A stretch of 64,000 nucleotides of DNA, from NCBI GenBank assembly GCA_973895155.1, contig OZ316899.1:1883573-1947572 (forward strand). Direction: 5' to 3'. A program made the position numbers and the translations under genes. Positions within the stretch are counted from its first letter, which is position 1, and the number at the start of each line of letters is the position of its first letter. The DNA comes from Marsupella aquatica (Eukaryota > Plantae > Marchantiophyta). Below, one piece after another: positions 23,301 to 36,637 of this stretch. Below the pieces are notes generated by a model that saw only the letters and a program-made list of their open reading frames with translations, had not been told where the DNA came from and ran no database searches.

Positions 23301-25768
23301 AATGCACAATGCACAGAGTACAGCTTTGTCTCTGCATCTGTTACTGCTCTCTTTGTCCCTCCCCTTGAAATTGTGGGCCTTAAAAGGTCAGTTGGCTTAT
23401 GTAGTTTTTATGTCCCTCCGCTATGTCAATGTGTGTTTCATTGCATGAGGGCATCAGTCGCCGTTTGCCTATAACCGGACTGTTCATTCTCTGTCCACTC
23501 ATTTGATGTAATTCTTCCCATTGCCGCCCAATGCTGTGATTTTGTGCTTTGTCTGGAATGCTATGGCGCCCATGCTACAATTTGTGGTTTTTGTCTAAGC
23601 ACAAATCCTCTTTGTGCCTGGTCTCTGTGTCCCATCATTTGGATTGATTGTGTAGACGTTTCCTCTTCTCCCAGTCCTTGTCATCCACCAGCCAAAGCAC
23701 ATTGGATTGTTTTCAAAGGAGGGATGTGTAGTTTGGAGGGTTTGATCTATGCAGCGGATTTGAGCAGATTGGCGGTTGTTAGTTTCTTCTTGTAAAACCT
23801 GTCTGTCTTTTCTGCTTTTGGCCATGCTCCTTCACTTCTTGCTGCAAGCTCAATGTGCTTCAGCTATGGCAATATTCACTTACCCTATCCCAACGGCATT
23901 GCCGTGAGCTGTAGGATAGCCAACAGAAGCAGATTGTATCGATTGCATGTAAGTCAGGGTATTTTATGTATTGCGGAACAACTGTCCAAGTATGCTACAA
24001 TGGTCGGTCTTGTGCAGCTGAATGAGCCAATTTCATTTTCCCTGTGCACTTCTATTTCTCAGAGAATTCCCTGGTCATGCTCATTTCCCCCAGAGTTACA
24101 AAACAAAGAAGAAGAGCTGACTAATTGTAATTCCAATCCATATCCTGATCGGTCAAGGATTGTTCACTACATTGGCCTTGTCATTGGCCGAGGTCACCAA
24201 ATTTTGCTTGGTTTCATTCCTGTGGAGCACTGCTGTGATGGATTTGTCGTAGCATTCTGCAAACTCTCACGGTTTGCTTATGGCCATTATTTGCAATTTG
24301 CTGCTACTAATATGTCTTCTTCTGAGCAGCATACACCAGAAGTAAGCAATAGTGGAGGTTTAACTGCACATCAACACATCTAGTGAACTACCTCTCTGCT
24401 GCTCACTGGAGGGTGAGACTTTCACTCTTTCTGGATATTGTAGTTTGTAAGCAAGTTGATTAGGAGTGTTTCATGCTATGTTTACACTGTGACCCCTAGC
24501 TGGAACCAATGGAATGACACAGTGAGTGGGAACTGATAATTTAAGGTTGGTTGCTGTTGGTGAGGCAAGTACAGCTCCTGCTCACCTTGCTGATCGAATG
24601 TGCTTATCAGAGGACGTGAACACACGACATCTCCACAAAAGCAACACTTATGGTGAGGACCCGCAACGCTGAACATGTGCGGCTTGCACGCAAGGCAGAG
24701 ATGTTGCGCCTTGAGTATGTCAGACTTGGGATCCTTCCAGCCCAGTCTGCATGGTACTTTGAGTACCCAGTTGTTGCCAGGAACAACTACAGCCGGCCTG
24801 TACCTGCTTCTCCACCCTTCCCAACATCCTTGGTATTTCTGTCTCTCGTACATGACCCGCCACAAATTAGGGCCCAAGGGTGTGTGCACAGTTGCCAATA
24901 TGACTGTCCTGCCTGTAGGGCTTCTGGCCTAGAGTTGGATGACCGTTCTCTTGGATGTCGGTTTTTTCACAGAGCACAATGTATCATCTGGAACCACTCG
25001 CCATCCTGCAGTGTGCCTGGCGATGTCACTTGTCCTGCCCTCCCAGACCCCACCACCGGTCACTTTGGTGTCTACACATGTTTGGATCACACGCTCTAGA
25101 GGACCACTTGTCACACCGCATGCACAAACCAGAGACCATTGACCTATAACTTAACACTTTGACTTGAACAGAGAGGATATTTACTTAAGATTTTGAATTA
25201 TGACCAATTTTGGGTCCAGGGTTTAGGGTCAACAGTACATAACTTATCCTATTATGGCTGCACTAAGTACAATATCCTAATTTAAGAGGCTAGCAAGCTC
25301 ACTTAAAAGTCTCCTTTCAAAGACTGGAATTAATGGGCCATGTGATAACCTGGAAAAAGTGATTTATGCCTAACTTATTTGTCTCATTCACTATCATAGC
25401 CTATTTAGGATGTATAAATTACAACCCTGATCACACTGCTTGATACCAATCCTGTTCAAAAAATGCCTGTTTTACATGTCACGACTGTTATATGTGATTC
25501 AAATGCATTAAATCTTGTTGCAGATCTCCTTTGGTGAATCATAGCCACAAAATTGAGGTGTAGGTGGAGCTATTGTACGAGGGGATCAGTTTTTAGTGTG
25601 GGCTCAACAAACCAAAAAGTATGTCTACTCTGCACATGTGTGTGAACATTTCATTGCAGTAGCAATTGCCACTCTAGTCTATATGCTACACTGTACTTTT
25701 TGTACACTGCACTAAATTGTATTGTCTGTGCACTCTGCTAAATTGTACTATCTGTCTCATGCGTAGGC

Positions 25769-26449
25769 ATGGCACGCCCTAAAATCCGAGCCAAGAAGCG
25801 GGGGACAGAGGTGAGCAACACAGGTGTAGTTGGGCCAGATGGTAGTAACTTCTCCGCAAGTCAGATTTTCCAGAAGGCAGCTCATTGTTGTGCCATTTGT
25901 GATGATGGTGGTGGCTTAGCCATATGTGAGGGCCCTTGCATGAGGCATTTCCACCTCAACCCGGAGTCTGACCTTACTGCAGAAAACAACTGTCCAGGGG
26001 TGGGCCTCCCGTCAGCACACCAGGGAGGCTGGATGTGCACTGATTGTTTGGAGAAGCAGGCTAAGTGTGCACAGTGTGGGAAGTTGGGGTCTTATGAGGG
26101 CTCTGTTGATGCTCCACCACTTGTTAGGAAATGCCCTGACAGATATTGTGTGAGGTTCTTTTGTTTTTCATGTTTGCCCGATCTTGCCACAGCTTGCCCA
26201 CTTCATAAGTGCAAGGCATGTGGTCAGCACGATGAAGATTTCTGGGTGGACATAGTCCACTGTGTTAGGTGTCCCACCATGTGGCACTTTCATTGTTTGA
26301 AGGAGTGTCAAGCAGAAGGCTATGCTTGTGACAGACACATCTATGATCACTCTGCACATGGTGTTGATCGATGGATCTTCTATTGTCATCGCCATGCCAT
26401 AGATCCTACTTTGCACACTCCCATGAGAGATCACATTTCTTGGCTTTGA
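25769..26449 (+). CDS. EDM2/NSD-type composite PHD finger protein (CACTA cargo)
   Basis: CAICDDGGGLAICEGPCMRHFH...CTDC, CAQCGKLGS...CPDRYC...CPLHKCKAC...HCVRCPTMWHFHC...FYCHRHAIDPTLHTPMRDHI. The Cys/His spacing and the C-terminal TP.RDH motif resemble the PHD region of plant EDM2. Confidence 0.75.
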   Translation: MARPKIRAKKRGTEVSNTGVVGPDGSNFSASQIFQKAAHCCAICDDGGGLAICEGPCMRHFHLNPESDLTAENNCPGVGLPSAHQGGWMCTDCLEKQAKCAQCGKLGSYEGSVDAPPLVRKCPDRYCVRFFCFSCLPDLATACPLHKCKACGQHDEDFWVDIVHCVRCPTMWHFHCLKECQAEGYACDRHIYDHSAHGVDRWIFYCHRHAIDPTLHTPMRDHISWL

Positions 26450-27032
26450 ACCTGAATAATGTACATGCATAGTGCACCTGATGTGGATACCTTGGAGATT
26501 GCAGACATTCCAATTTTGAGAAGAAGGACCTCTGTAGGAGAGGATGCTTAGGCAACAAGTACCCTAAGTTCATTACTTGTTCCTGGGTACATGCCTTCAA
26601 AAACTCCCCTTAAGCCTTCTAGGAACTTTTTAAACTCTGCAATCATTTTGATCACGACTTACATGACACTGCTTAAATTAAATCAGGACTTCTCATTATG
26701 AGCATATAAGTTACAAGGCTATTTAATTTGCGAGAATTCCCTTAAAGTGTACCAACATTTTGTATTCTCATTGAATGTCTGCCCATTTACAACATCTGTA
26801 TGTGGCATCACAAAACAATTGCACTTGTCACCTTCAATATTGTGAAGGCACATATTCAAACTATGAGGTGCATGCTTGCAGGTGTCTAGTACGTTTGTCC
26901 CAATATTTCTCCCGTTTGGAATCGGAGCAGAGACTCACCAGACGACTGGACTGGACCAAGTTATAAACGCAGCATTTTAAGGGCCCTCCGATTATCAGGT
27001 GAACGCATTATCTTCCGGTCTGCAGTGATTAG

Positions 27033-27896
27033 GTGGCCCGTGTGTACATGGCATCTAGGAAACGTACAAAGGTTGACCACCCGCCTCTGTTGGCTGGAAT
27101 CAAAGCCATTTTGATTCCTGGCCACTATGGGTTCACCCAAGTGAGTTGGCCAATCGTACAAAAACGATTCTCAGAGTTCCATGGGACTGAAGTCAAGGAC
27201 ATCACTCCACAGACTACACATGTTGTTGCGGGGACATGGCTGGATGTGATGAACAAGTGGTCATGGTCCTTCATTGATTCTGCCATTACCAACCAAGGTC
27301 TAAAAGTAGTTGAAGTCTCTTGGCTGACCGATTCTGTTAAACATAGGTGTGTACAGAGTACTGAGCAATATGAGTTGTGGGAGAGTGAGGAGGCCACTGC
27401 AGAGGCTTTGGCTGAAAAGGAAGCCTATGAAGCAGCGGCAGAGAAACCCAACTTTGCTTCTGTCCAATATGGACCTGTTGTCAACATAGGACACCATCCT
27501 ATGCGTGCAGATGCTATATTGAATGAGCATGGCAAGGAGAGAAATACCATTATGAAGGGGTTCAGTGTGGTATTTGCAGAAGAAGGAATTGGGGAGACTA
27601 AGTGCAGACTGTACAAGTCCATAGTTGTTGAGCTAGGTGGGACAGTGGAGGAGAGTCTAACAGAAACCTCCACTCATGTTGTAGGTCTGTCATACATGAA
27701 AATATGCAGAAAATTCTTTAAGACAATAGTGCGTGATTTTGTCATGAACAACAATCTTTGGGTGCTTTCCCCTAATTGGCTTCTGGAATCAGCAGCTAGA
27801 GGGAAGCGACAGAATGCTTGGGACTTTGATATTTTTGAGGCCTGGCCCTCCAAGATTCAGCGGAGATGTATGCTTAGCAAAGGTGGGAGAGAGTGA
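27033..27896 (+). CDS. Tandem BRCT domain protein (CACTA cargo)
   Basis: Two units with BRCT hallmarks: LLAGIKAIL...TTHVVA...VVEVSWLTDSV and MKGFSVVF...ELGGTV...STHVVG...VLSPNWLLESA. Confidence 0.8.
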   Translation: MARVYMASRKRTKVDHPPLLAGIKAILIPGHYGFTQVSWPIVQKRFSEFHGTEVKDITPQTTHVVAGTWLDVMNKWSWSFIDSAITNQGLKVVEVSWLTDSVKHRCVQSTEQYELWESEEATAEALAEKEAYEAAAEKPNFASVQYGPVVNIGHHPMRADAILNEHGKERNTIMKGFSVVFAEEGIGETKCRLYKSIVVELGGTVEESLTETSTHVVGLSYMKICRKFFKTIVRDFVMNNNLWVLSPNWLLESAARGKRQNAWDFDIFEAWPSKIQRRCMLSKGGRE

Positions 27897-28036
27897 GGAG
27901 TAGGAGTCCCTCATATTTTTGTATAAATCACAATTTTGTAATAAATGTGATCCTTGAACTAACTCATCTTGTCATGGTTGGTCGCAGTTGAAGTGATTGT
28001 TGTTTCCTGCTGCGTGGGGTGTGACTGTGAATCTAC

Positions 28037-28606
28037 TTGCTGGGCTCTGTTTGGCTGAAGACTTTGGTGGGTATGCTGCCTCTTCCAGACCGTCAGGCCC
28101 TATGTAGGGTCCTCCTACAGGTTGCATCGTGCATGGCTACTGCTTGGGCTTACTTGTGTGGATTGGTAACCAGACAGAGTGTAGCTCCATCCGAGATAAT
28201 GCCTGCAGACCTTGGATGTGTTGTGAATGCTGTGGTGAATGAGGATGCACAGTCGGAAGAGGACATTTACTTTTCAGCAGATGAGTTAGACAAGCACGAT
28301 GCTGTAGGTGGTTCCTTGTTGCCTGATTTGGCAGATGATATAGTTCTTACACATGTTTGGCCGAGGGTTCTTGTGGTGTCTGGCGCACAAGATATCTGCA
28401 AATATAGACTAATTAGTACCCAGTGGAGGGACTTGGTAGCAACATGTGCACCATGGAGGGCACTGTTGCCACTGCTTGTAGGCACGGATCGAAGACCACC
28501 ATGGCATGAGCAGGGTTTAGACCTTGATGACTTAATGTACATGCCTGAGTACCTCAGGGCTGAGTGGCATCGACAACAGGATTGGTATCCGTATTTGATG
28601 TGGTAG
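28037..28606 (+). CDS. F-box-like protein (CACTA cargo)
   Basis: LLPDLADDIVLTHVWPRV...YRLISTQWRDLV fits the F-box pattern. The real start is probably downstream of the called TTG start. Confidence 0.55.
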   Translation: MLGSVWLKTLVGMLPLPDRQALCRVLLQVASCMATAWAYLCGLVTRQSVAPSEIMPADLGCVVNAVVNEDAQSEEDIYFSADELDKHDAVGGSLLPDLADDIVLTHVWPRVLVVSGAQDICKYRLISTQWRDLVATCAPWRALLPLLVGTDRRPPWHEQGLDLDDLMYMPEYLRAEWHRQQDWYPYLMW

Positions 28607-28932
28607 TAAGATGAGGACATCTCACACCGGTCTCGCACCTGGCACCTGTGTCTATGACTATACATGATTGGACTCTGATATGGTCATGGATGTACGTGCA
28701 GAGGCAGTACATGTGAGGACAGCGGAGGAGTTGACACCCTCAAACATTTAGGAATTTTGTCTCATTCACTTGAGAATAGGTACATGACTCAGGCACCTAT
28801 ATTTTTTGTTTTTTTGTTTTTTTGGAACGTTACGTATTTTGGCAAGTACAGTCGGGGGTGAAATCCTTAACAGGAAGTGTATTTTTCACTTGCATAATAA
28901 AATGATAGGGTGCTGAGTGCGTGTGTATAGTG

Positions 28933-31900
28933 ATGGCTCCAAGGTTGCCTCTTCACAACCCATTTAGGATTAGGCATCATGATTCTAAATTGTGGATGCG
29001 TGAACAAGCCCGGGCCGCCCAAGGTAGGAGTAGGAGGATGAGATGCCCATGCACACAGTGCCAAGGATTCAAGTCGTTGAGTTTGAACACTGTGCACCTT
29101 CACCTGCTGCGGCATGAAAGGCACCCTCGGTGGAGGGTTTGGAATGTACCAGCAGAAGAAGACTCCTCTGATGAAGAGTGGAGAGCTGACTTTGTGGATT
29201 CTAATACAGCTAGGCGTAGAGACTATGTAGAGCAGGACATAGACTGTGCAGAGGATGGTCCTGGGGTCCAACATGAGAACGTGGATGACCAAGATGGAGA
29301 TGCAGAGGCAGTCACTGAGGACGGTGGGATGGATGTCCCAAGAATGGTTCAAGAGATTTTTGAAGACCTTGATGCTTTTTACGACACAGTGGAATCAGAA
29401 GAGGACAATGAACCGCAGCCACACATTGGCGACGGCCAAGCTGAACCTGACTTTGACATTGGGGAAGGTGCAGCAGAGAGGGAGTGGGTGTTTGGGGGCC
29501 CAAAACACATCAAAGAAGCTTGCATTCCTATCTACGAGGGGTCGAACTGCTCCAAGCTGGGTTTTGTCGTGTTGTTGTTGAACATCTGTGGCAATCACAA
29601 TGTTCCCAATATATTTGTGACAGAGTTGTTGACCTTCCTGTGCCGAAATGTGTTACCAGATGGTAATTCAATTCCAAAAAATATGTACGAGGCTAGGAAA
29701 TTGATGTCTAACCTTGGGCTGAACTATGTGTCTATTGACGCATGCCCTGATGGGTGTGTTCTCTTTCGCAAAGAGCATGCAGATAAATTGACATGCCCTC
29801 ATTGTGGTAAGCACAGGTACAAGAATGTAGGGAAATGTACACACCCTGCCAAGGTTCTTCGTCATTTTCCTCTCATTCCTAGACTACAACGTCTGTTTAG
29901 ATGCCCTGCCATTTCCAAGCTGATGACATGGACTCCTGATAACAAGAGCAGTGATGGCCTGCAGTGTCACATTGGAGATTCCAACCATTGGAAATTTGTT
30001 GATGAGAGGTGGCCACAGTTTGCTGCAGAGAAGCGGAACTTTCGATTTGGTCTATCACTGGATGGAGTAAACCCATTTGGAGACAAAAACAACCGTTATT
30101 CATGTTGGCCGGTTACGCTGCTAAATTACAACCTTCCCCCATGGATGACTACAAAGAGGTTTTTTGTCATGATGGTGCTGTTAATCCCTGGACCAGCTTC
30201 TGTGACCGAGCAATTCATAGATATCATGTTGGCTCCAGCAGTGGAAGAGTGGAAGACTTTGTGGATAGAAGGGGTGTTAACCCATGATGTTCTGAAGGGG
30301 CTTCTTCGACCCAGCCCCTTTAGACTGCATGCAATTTGTTTGCTGGATATAGCAGATTACCCAGACCATGGCATCATATCTGGACGAGTGACAAAGGGCT
30401 ATGTGGGGTGCACACCATGTGGGAAAAATGTGACAAGTGAGTGGTCGCATGCCCTGCACAGTATGAAATTTCAGGGGCATAGAAGGTATCTGCCTGTTGA
30501 TCATCCTTACAGGCACACATGGTCTCAAATTGCACACTTCAACAACAAAACAGAGCTTCGTGGCCCACCACAGAGGGTCACCAGAGAGCAAGTCCTGAGG
30601 TGGGCAGCCAGGAAGGCTGATTGGGACAAGAGAAGTGCCACTGATCGAGAACCTGAGGATCCAGTGGTGAAACATGGTGTGAAAAGACAGACCTTGATGG
30701 ACTTGGAGTTGGAGTACTGGAGGGTAATGTACTTAGCCTCCAGCCCCTGTATGATTGCAATTTTAGATTGGAGCAATGGTGGATTGATGTTGGTTACAAT
30801 CCTCCTCTGTGGTTAATTAGTGTTTCTGTTGTTGAATTCTTTGCTTTGTGGAGTGCAGGAATTTGAGCCCAGCAAACACAATGTGGACGTCATGCACATT
30901 GAGAAAAATATTTGTGAGAGCTTGCTGAAGTTCTTGTCGGGTGAGAAAGATACAGGAGCAGTTCGAGCTGATATGCAACAGAAGGGGATTCGCCCTCACC
31001 TTTGGTTGAAGCCCCATGCAAGCAATCCCAATGTACTTCTCAAGTTCCAAGCTCCCTATGTGTGCACACAGGATGAATGGAAGACATTCTTGTATAGATT
31101 GAGCTGTCTGAAAGTGCCCTCTAGCTATGCTGGTGCCTTCAAGAAGCATATTACAAAGAATAAACTTGGCAGTATGAAAACACATGACCATGTGCCGACG
31201 CAGCACATTCTGCCCCTATGCCTCAGAGGTCTCATGCAGAAACCAGTCCGTAATGTCATTCTTCGATTGTGCAATGTATTTCGCCGTATATGTGTGAAAG
31301 TGTGGGATCCCCAAGGATTGGAGCAGTTGAAGCAGGATGCTGCTTATGTCCTCTGTGACTTGGAGATATACTTCCCCCCTGCTTTCTTTGATGTTATGAC
31401 TCATCTCCTAATCCATGTGGTAGAAGAGCTAGGGCAGTATGGGCCAGTCAGTACCAGATGGATGTACCCTATGGAGCGATACATGAAGTTGTTGAAAGGT
31501 CATGTGAGAACATACTACAGGCCAGAGGCTTCCATGGCATTGGGGTACATTAAGGATGAGACGTTGGGATTCCTAACAGAGTACATGGCTGGGTCTAGTG
31601 AAGCTATGACAAGAGTTTGGAAATCTGGTGAAGATGATGGAGTGAGTGGCGAGGTTGTTGAAGGTGTGGGACGTGCTGTTCAGCTGCCTGTTGCGATTCG
31701 AGACAAGGCTCATTCATATGTGCTGGCAAACACAGAGCCTATGCAACCATGGTGGAGGTGAGTGATTGAATTGACTTGCCTTTGTTGTGATGCTTCTTGT
31801 CTGTTCCAAGGGTGATCTTAGGTTGTCATGTGTTGTTTAGACCTAACTATGCCTGTACCTCATATTGCAGGGAATATGATATGCAAAAAGCTGCACACTC

Positions 31901-32630
31901 TGGGCAGCAGGATCCCTTCCCACAGTTCGAGCAGTGGATTCGGGTGACAATTCGAGAGCATAGTAGACATCACCCAGATATGGAGAAGGATTTGTATCTT
32001 CTATCTGTGCCACCACGATTGTCTATTCTGACCTACAAACGGATGAGAGCTTATGGAAATCATTATCGAGTGAGGGATGAGCAGGGTGACCATTGTGTAT
32101 CATATGATTGTGGTTTGATTTCTGTGTTTGAGCAGAGAACCTCTGAAGAACAGAGGGGGTGGATGAAGATGGGTTACGTGGGGGAGTTGACCGACATTTG
32201 GGTGTTGAATTATGGTAACACAAGTGTCCCAGTGATATTGATGAAGGGATCATGGGTGAAATCAGAGTGGCAGAGACCAAGGGTCACCATGAAGCGTGAT
32301 CATGATGGGTTCTTGTTGGCCAATTTTAGGTCCAGAGTACCAGAATGGTCTGAGCCTTTTGTTTTCCCTAGCCAAGTTGAACAGGCTTTCTTTGCAGATG
32401 TGGAGGAGTCACATGGCTGGAGGGTGGTATGCCATAGCCAAGCACGGAACAGGCGGATGGATGGAAGTAAAGTAGAGTTCAGTTTGGATGACCATGCTGC
32501 ATTCGAGCATCCTAGTCATGAGACTGTACTTCCAACTCGGGCAGGGACTGACTACATCCCCTTAACATTGAGAGAGACATATGAAGAACCTGGGCAAATG
32601 GAATATGATGAGGTTGATGATTTGCAATAG
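28933..32630 (+). CDS. CACTA transposase (TnpD-like: transposase-associated domain, Transposase_21, DUF4218, DUF4216)
   Basis: Motifs CPCTQC, IDACPDGCVLF, RHFPLIPRLQRLF, FGLSLDGVNPF, YNLPPW, HNVDVMHIEKN, FFDVMTHLLIH, RWMYPMERYMK and EPFVFPSQVEQAFF. In-frame GT-AG introns at 30724-30858 and 31758-31870. Confidence 0.95.
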
Positions 32631-32807
32631 GCAACAGCTGGCGATTGGCAAGTATGAGGTTGAGAATGACTACCTGCACAGAGTCACAGAACGGGAATTG
32701 TTGCCTGGAATGATGTTTAGGATAGTTGGATATGCATGAAATTGATTGATACTTTGAATTTAGTGTGCTGATTCTCCCTGTTTGGTTGTGGGTGCTGTGC
32801 AGAAGCT

Positions 32808-35800
32808 ATGGGGGAAGAGGGTGATGACATGGAGACAGACATGGGGCTTGGAGAGTGGGGTGAAGAGGAAAGATTGGATATGGATGGAGACCCAGATGCA
32901 GGGGGCTCACAGAAAAATGCACCTGTGCAAGATGCACAGGGCCCTCATCAAGTCCCAGGTAGGTGGGCAGCTAGAGAGAAATCACATAATCCATACCCTA
33001 GAAGGAGCCAGAGTTATTGGCAAGGGACGCCTGATAATTATGATGATGACTATGATGGAGCAGAAGATGGATGGGATGAATATGAACACCCAGAGCGTGG
33101 TAGAGACGGGTACAGAGGGCAATGGAAAGGTGAGGAGGATGATTGGACAAGTAAGTGCCTTGTGCTAGTGATTTTGTGATGGTAGTAGAGATTTAGCTCA
33201 ATATGCACTTATCTGATGTGTAGCTAGGGCAAAGAGTTTATCTTACAGGTCCATGAGTGTGGCATGTACCTGTTGGTATGCAGACTCTGATTGGGACAAT
33301 CACGAAAACAACAAAGGCCATCCACGTTCAGATAGGAGGCAATCATTCACAGGCGGGAGAAACGGCCCTAATTCATCAAGACAAAGCAATAGGACAGGTG
33401 GTCCAGAACCATCTATGCGCCAAGGGAGAGGTAACTTGGTCATTGCAGAATTGCTCTGAAGTCCACTGTATATTTGGCAGCAGGATTTATGATTCATACT
33501 TACCTAAGGATCCTGTAAATGTGCAGGGACTCCAGGGAGGTTTGGACAATGCAATCCAGGCCGTGGGGGGAGATCAGGCCGTGGAGGGACCCCAGGCCGT
33601 GGGGGGACACCAGGCCGTGGAGGGACACCTAGTAGCGCTTCAGGGAGTACCAAGGCAGGAGACAGTAACAAATTTGGTAAAGTAGAAGTGAATTCCGATG
33701 GTTGGATAACTCCCACATGTGATGGTAAGAACCGTTGGCATTCTGACCTAAGAGGAGAAGTATTGCGTTGGTTAGATTTGAGCATTACAGAGTTTAGGAG
33801 TCAGAACAAAGCTGATTGGGCTGCTATCTGCAAGGACATTCTTGAACGGTGGGACTATGTTGGTAATGATGGTAAGGGCCCAGTTGAAGATTGCATATCA
33901 GATTATGCAATGAGGATTTTGAAACAAGAGAGGCATAGGTTGAAAAGGATGTGGATAGACAATGGTTCTAACAGGAGAATGCCACCACCCCCATCATTGG
34001 AATTGGATCAATGGACACGGTTAATCAAAGGGTTCATGTCAGAGGCTGGACAGAGCAAAAGTGAACTGATGTCAAATGCTCGAGGCAAAGTGAAACACCT
34101 GTCACAGGCTGGGAGAGGAAGTTATGCTCCAGTGAAAGAACAATTGGTAAGGCAGTGACATGCCTGATAGTAAGCCTCAAACTTATCATCTTGCTACCAT
34201 TATTACATTTTCATTGACAATCAACACTTGGTTTCATTCATATGTATGTTGATGTGGACTGTAGAAGAAATTGACAGGTGAAGAACCATCAGCACAAGAA
34301 GTGAGAGAGGAGTTCATGAAACAAAGGAGTGAGGTGACAAGTGTGACTTCCAAACAGGTGATTATGTTGTAATTCTGTATGTTCTGTGACTATTTGCCCT
34401 TGAGCATCAGAAAGAATTGTAGTCGTAAGTAAGCAACCAGTTCTTGGGGACAATTATCTGAGATATGTAAGCTGTGTTATGACAGGGAACTGTTACAACT
34501 CTCACAGAGATGTGTGAACGGTTGAAGTCATTAGAGTGTGGACTCCCTCGAGTGGAAAGTAAATTGGCTGATCGTTTGGATATTGTGGAGGCATCTGTAG
34601 CGAACCTTCTTGCATCAGTGGAATCTAATTTCAAGCTTGTGATTGAAAAATTGGGTGGTTCCCAACCAAACAATGAGGGCAACATTGTACAAAGTGTGCC
34701 CTTGTTAACAAAAAAGGGAATTGGCAAATCTGACACAGGTATGGAAATGACACCGGCCCATTGTTCATTGTGTCCTATGTTCAAATGTTAGAAGTAAGTT
34801 TTCATGAATTGAGTGAATGGTTTTAATGCAGGAAGAGTGGAGGCAGAGAAGGACCCTGTAATCAGTAAGTGAATGGTTTGAATGCAGGAAGAGTGGAGGC
34901 AGAGAAGGACCCTGTAATCAGTAAGCAGAATGGCAAAAAGGTTGCTGAGACAGGTAACCTGCTATGATCCAGTACATTACATTTGAAAAGTGCATGGAGT
35001 TTTGTGAAGCTTAAGCCGGTTGGAGGTAATCTTTTCTGTAAGAACTGGTTGGATCAACTGGGATCTGAAGTGACATCATGATTGATGTATCAGGTGATTC
35101 AAAGAGCAATGAAAAAGATGTGCCCAGTGCCTCAATGACCATAGCCAAGGAGGTATCAGGTAAGCTGATGCTTTAAATTCCTCTCCTACCATTGTTGAGA
35201 AACAATTCAGTGGTTAATAGATTGAACCTGAATATTGTGGTGTGTTTATTGATCAGCAGAAGCAGACATGGAGGATATGGCAATGGTAAAGAAGGGGAAG
35301 AAGGCTGTTCATAATGGTAAGGAGATAGTGACAACTTTGTGGTTGGTGACATGTACATGGCGCACATGTGATGAGTGATTCACTTATGTTGGACAATGCA
35401 CTGAATTGTAGTTGATGCAGAGTTGACAGACTCTCAACCAAGTGGGAGCAGGGTGAAGCGACGTCGAAACTTGGGAGCAACATTGGATGCAAGTAAGATT
35501 GTAGATGCTTCAATTGAAGCAAGTACAATGTTGGCAGATACTGAGATGATGTCGCAGGGAAATCCTGCTATACAATTGGAAGTGTCAAATATGGATGCAG
35601 ATTCTTTGAAGAAGAGTGTAGCCAATTCTCGATCACCAGCACAAAACACTCGTGCCAAAGTCATGACTCGCAACCAAGGTATGAATAATGTCATGTATAA
35701 GCCACCCAGGAAAGCCAAGAAAAGCAGCCAGGGTAAGGTGGAGGTGATAGCCACAGCAGAGCCAGTCCATAATCTTCTATCATGGGAGGATGACTCGCAG

Positions 35801-36016
35801 GTATGTGTGGGTACAGGCATTTTGCGACCGGATCATGCTAAATTCCATGGCAAAGTGGTCCCGGATGACCATGTAGTAGTGTTGTTGACTACAGTGATTG
35901 TATCTGATTGTAATTTGCCATTTCCGAATAGAGACGATGATCCACCTCAGGAAATAATGGCAGATGCAGTAGGATCTCTTGTGCTCTGGCCATCAGAGTG
36001 TGTTAGTCTGCAGTGA
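32808..36016 (+). CDS. Multi-exon CACTA ORF2 (TnpA-like; Transposase_24-like and TNP1/Transposase_23-like segments)
   Basis: 33688-34158 has W...FMSEAGQSKSELMSNARGKVKHLSQAGRGSYA. 35423-36016 has VGTGILRP..KFHGKVVPDDHVVV...LPFP...AVGSLVLWP. GT-AG flanked exons and RGG-type 18-bp repeats near 33555-33630. The exon structure is not fully resolved. Confidence 0.7.
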
Positions 36017-36637
36017 CTGAATGCAAGTGTAGATAGAATCATGTGACATATGTTACATTTTGACATTGCCTTGGGAAGATCCAAGAAATATCTGTACCAA
36101 TTTTTCCATTTGGTAAAGAGGATGAAGGAGCCGTTGTGTGTGACATTGATATTTCTGAATTCTGTATATATGAAACAAGTGATTGATGTCAAACTATGGC
36201 TCTATGGTGATTGTCTATGATACTTGAATCTGTTTTGTATCATTTCAGTATTAGTGTGTATGGTATAGACGAATGCTTTGTGACCTTCTTTGTAGTCTAT
36301 GATGTTTGAATCTGTGAATTCATATTAGTGTACATGGTATAGAAGATGGCTTTCTGAAAATTTGTGTGAGGTTCTAATGTTAACATGGTGAATGGTGACC
36401 TTATAGAGTGAGTTCATTCCAAGTACACAATAAAACATGAATGGAATGTGTTATTTGTGCACAAGAGTGAGTTCATTCCAAGTAGTATAGTGGGGTCTTC
36501 ATCACTCATTTCCAGTTGACATGAAAGACTTGTACATACCCCACAAAGTGTCTACTTTAGTCGTTTTATAAACTCACAAAGTATACTTAAAGACTACCCT
36601 CCATAACCTTTTGAGTCGTTCCCAACGACTCACCATC

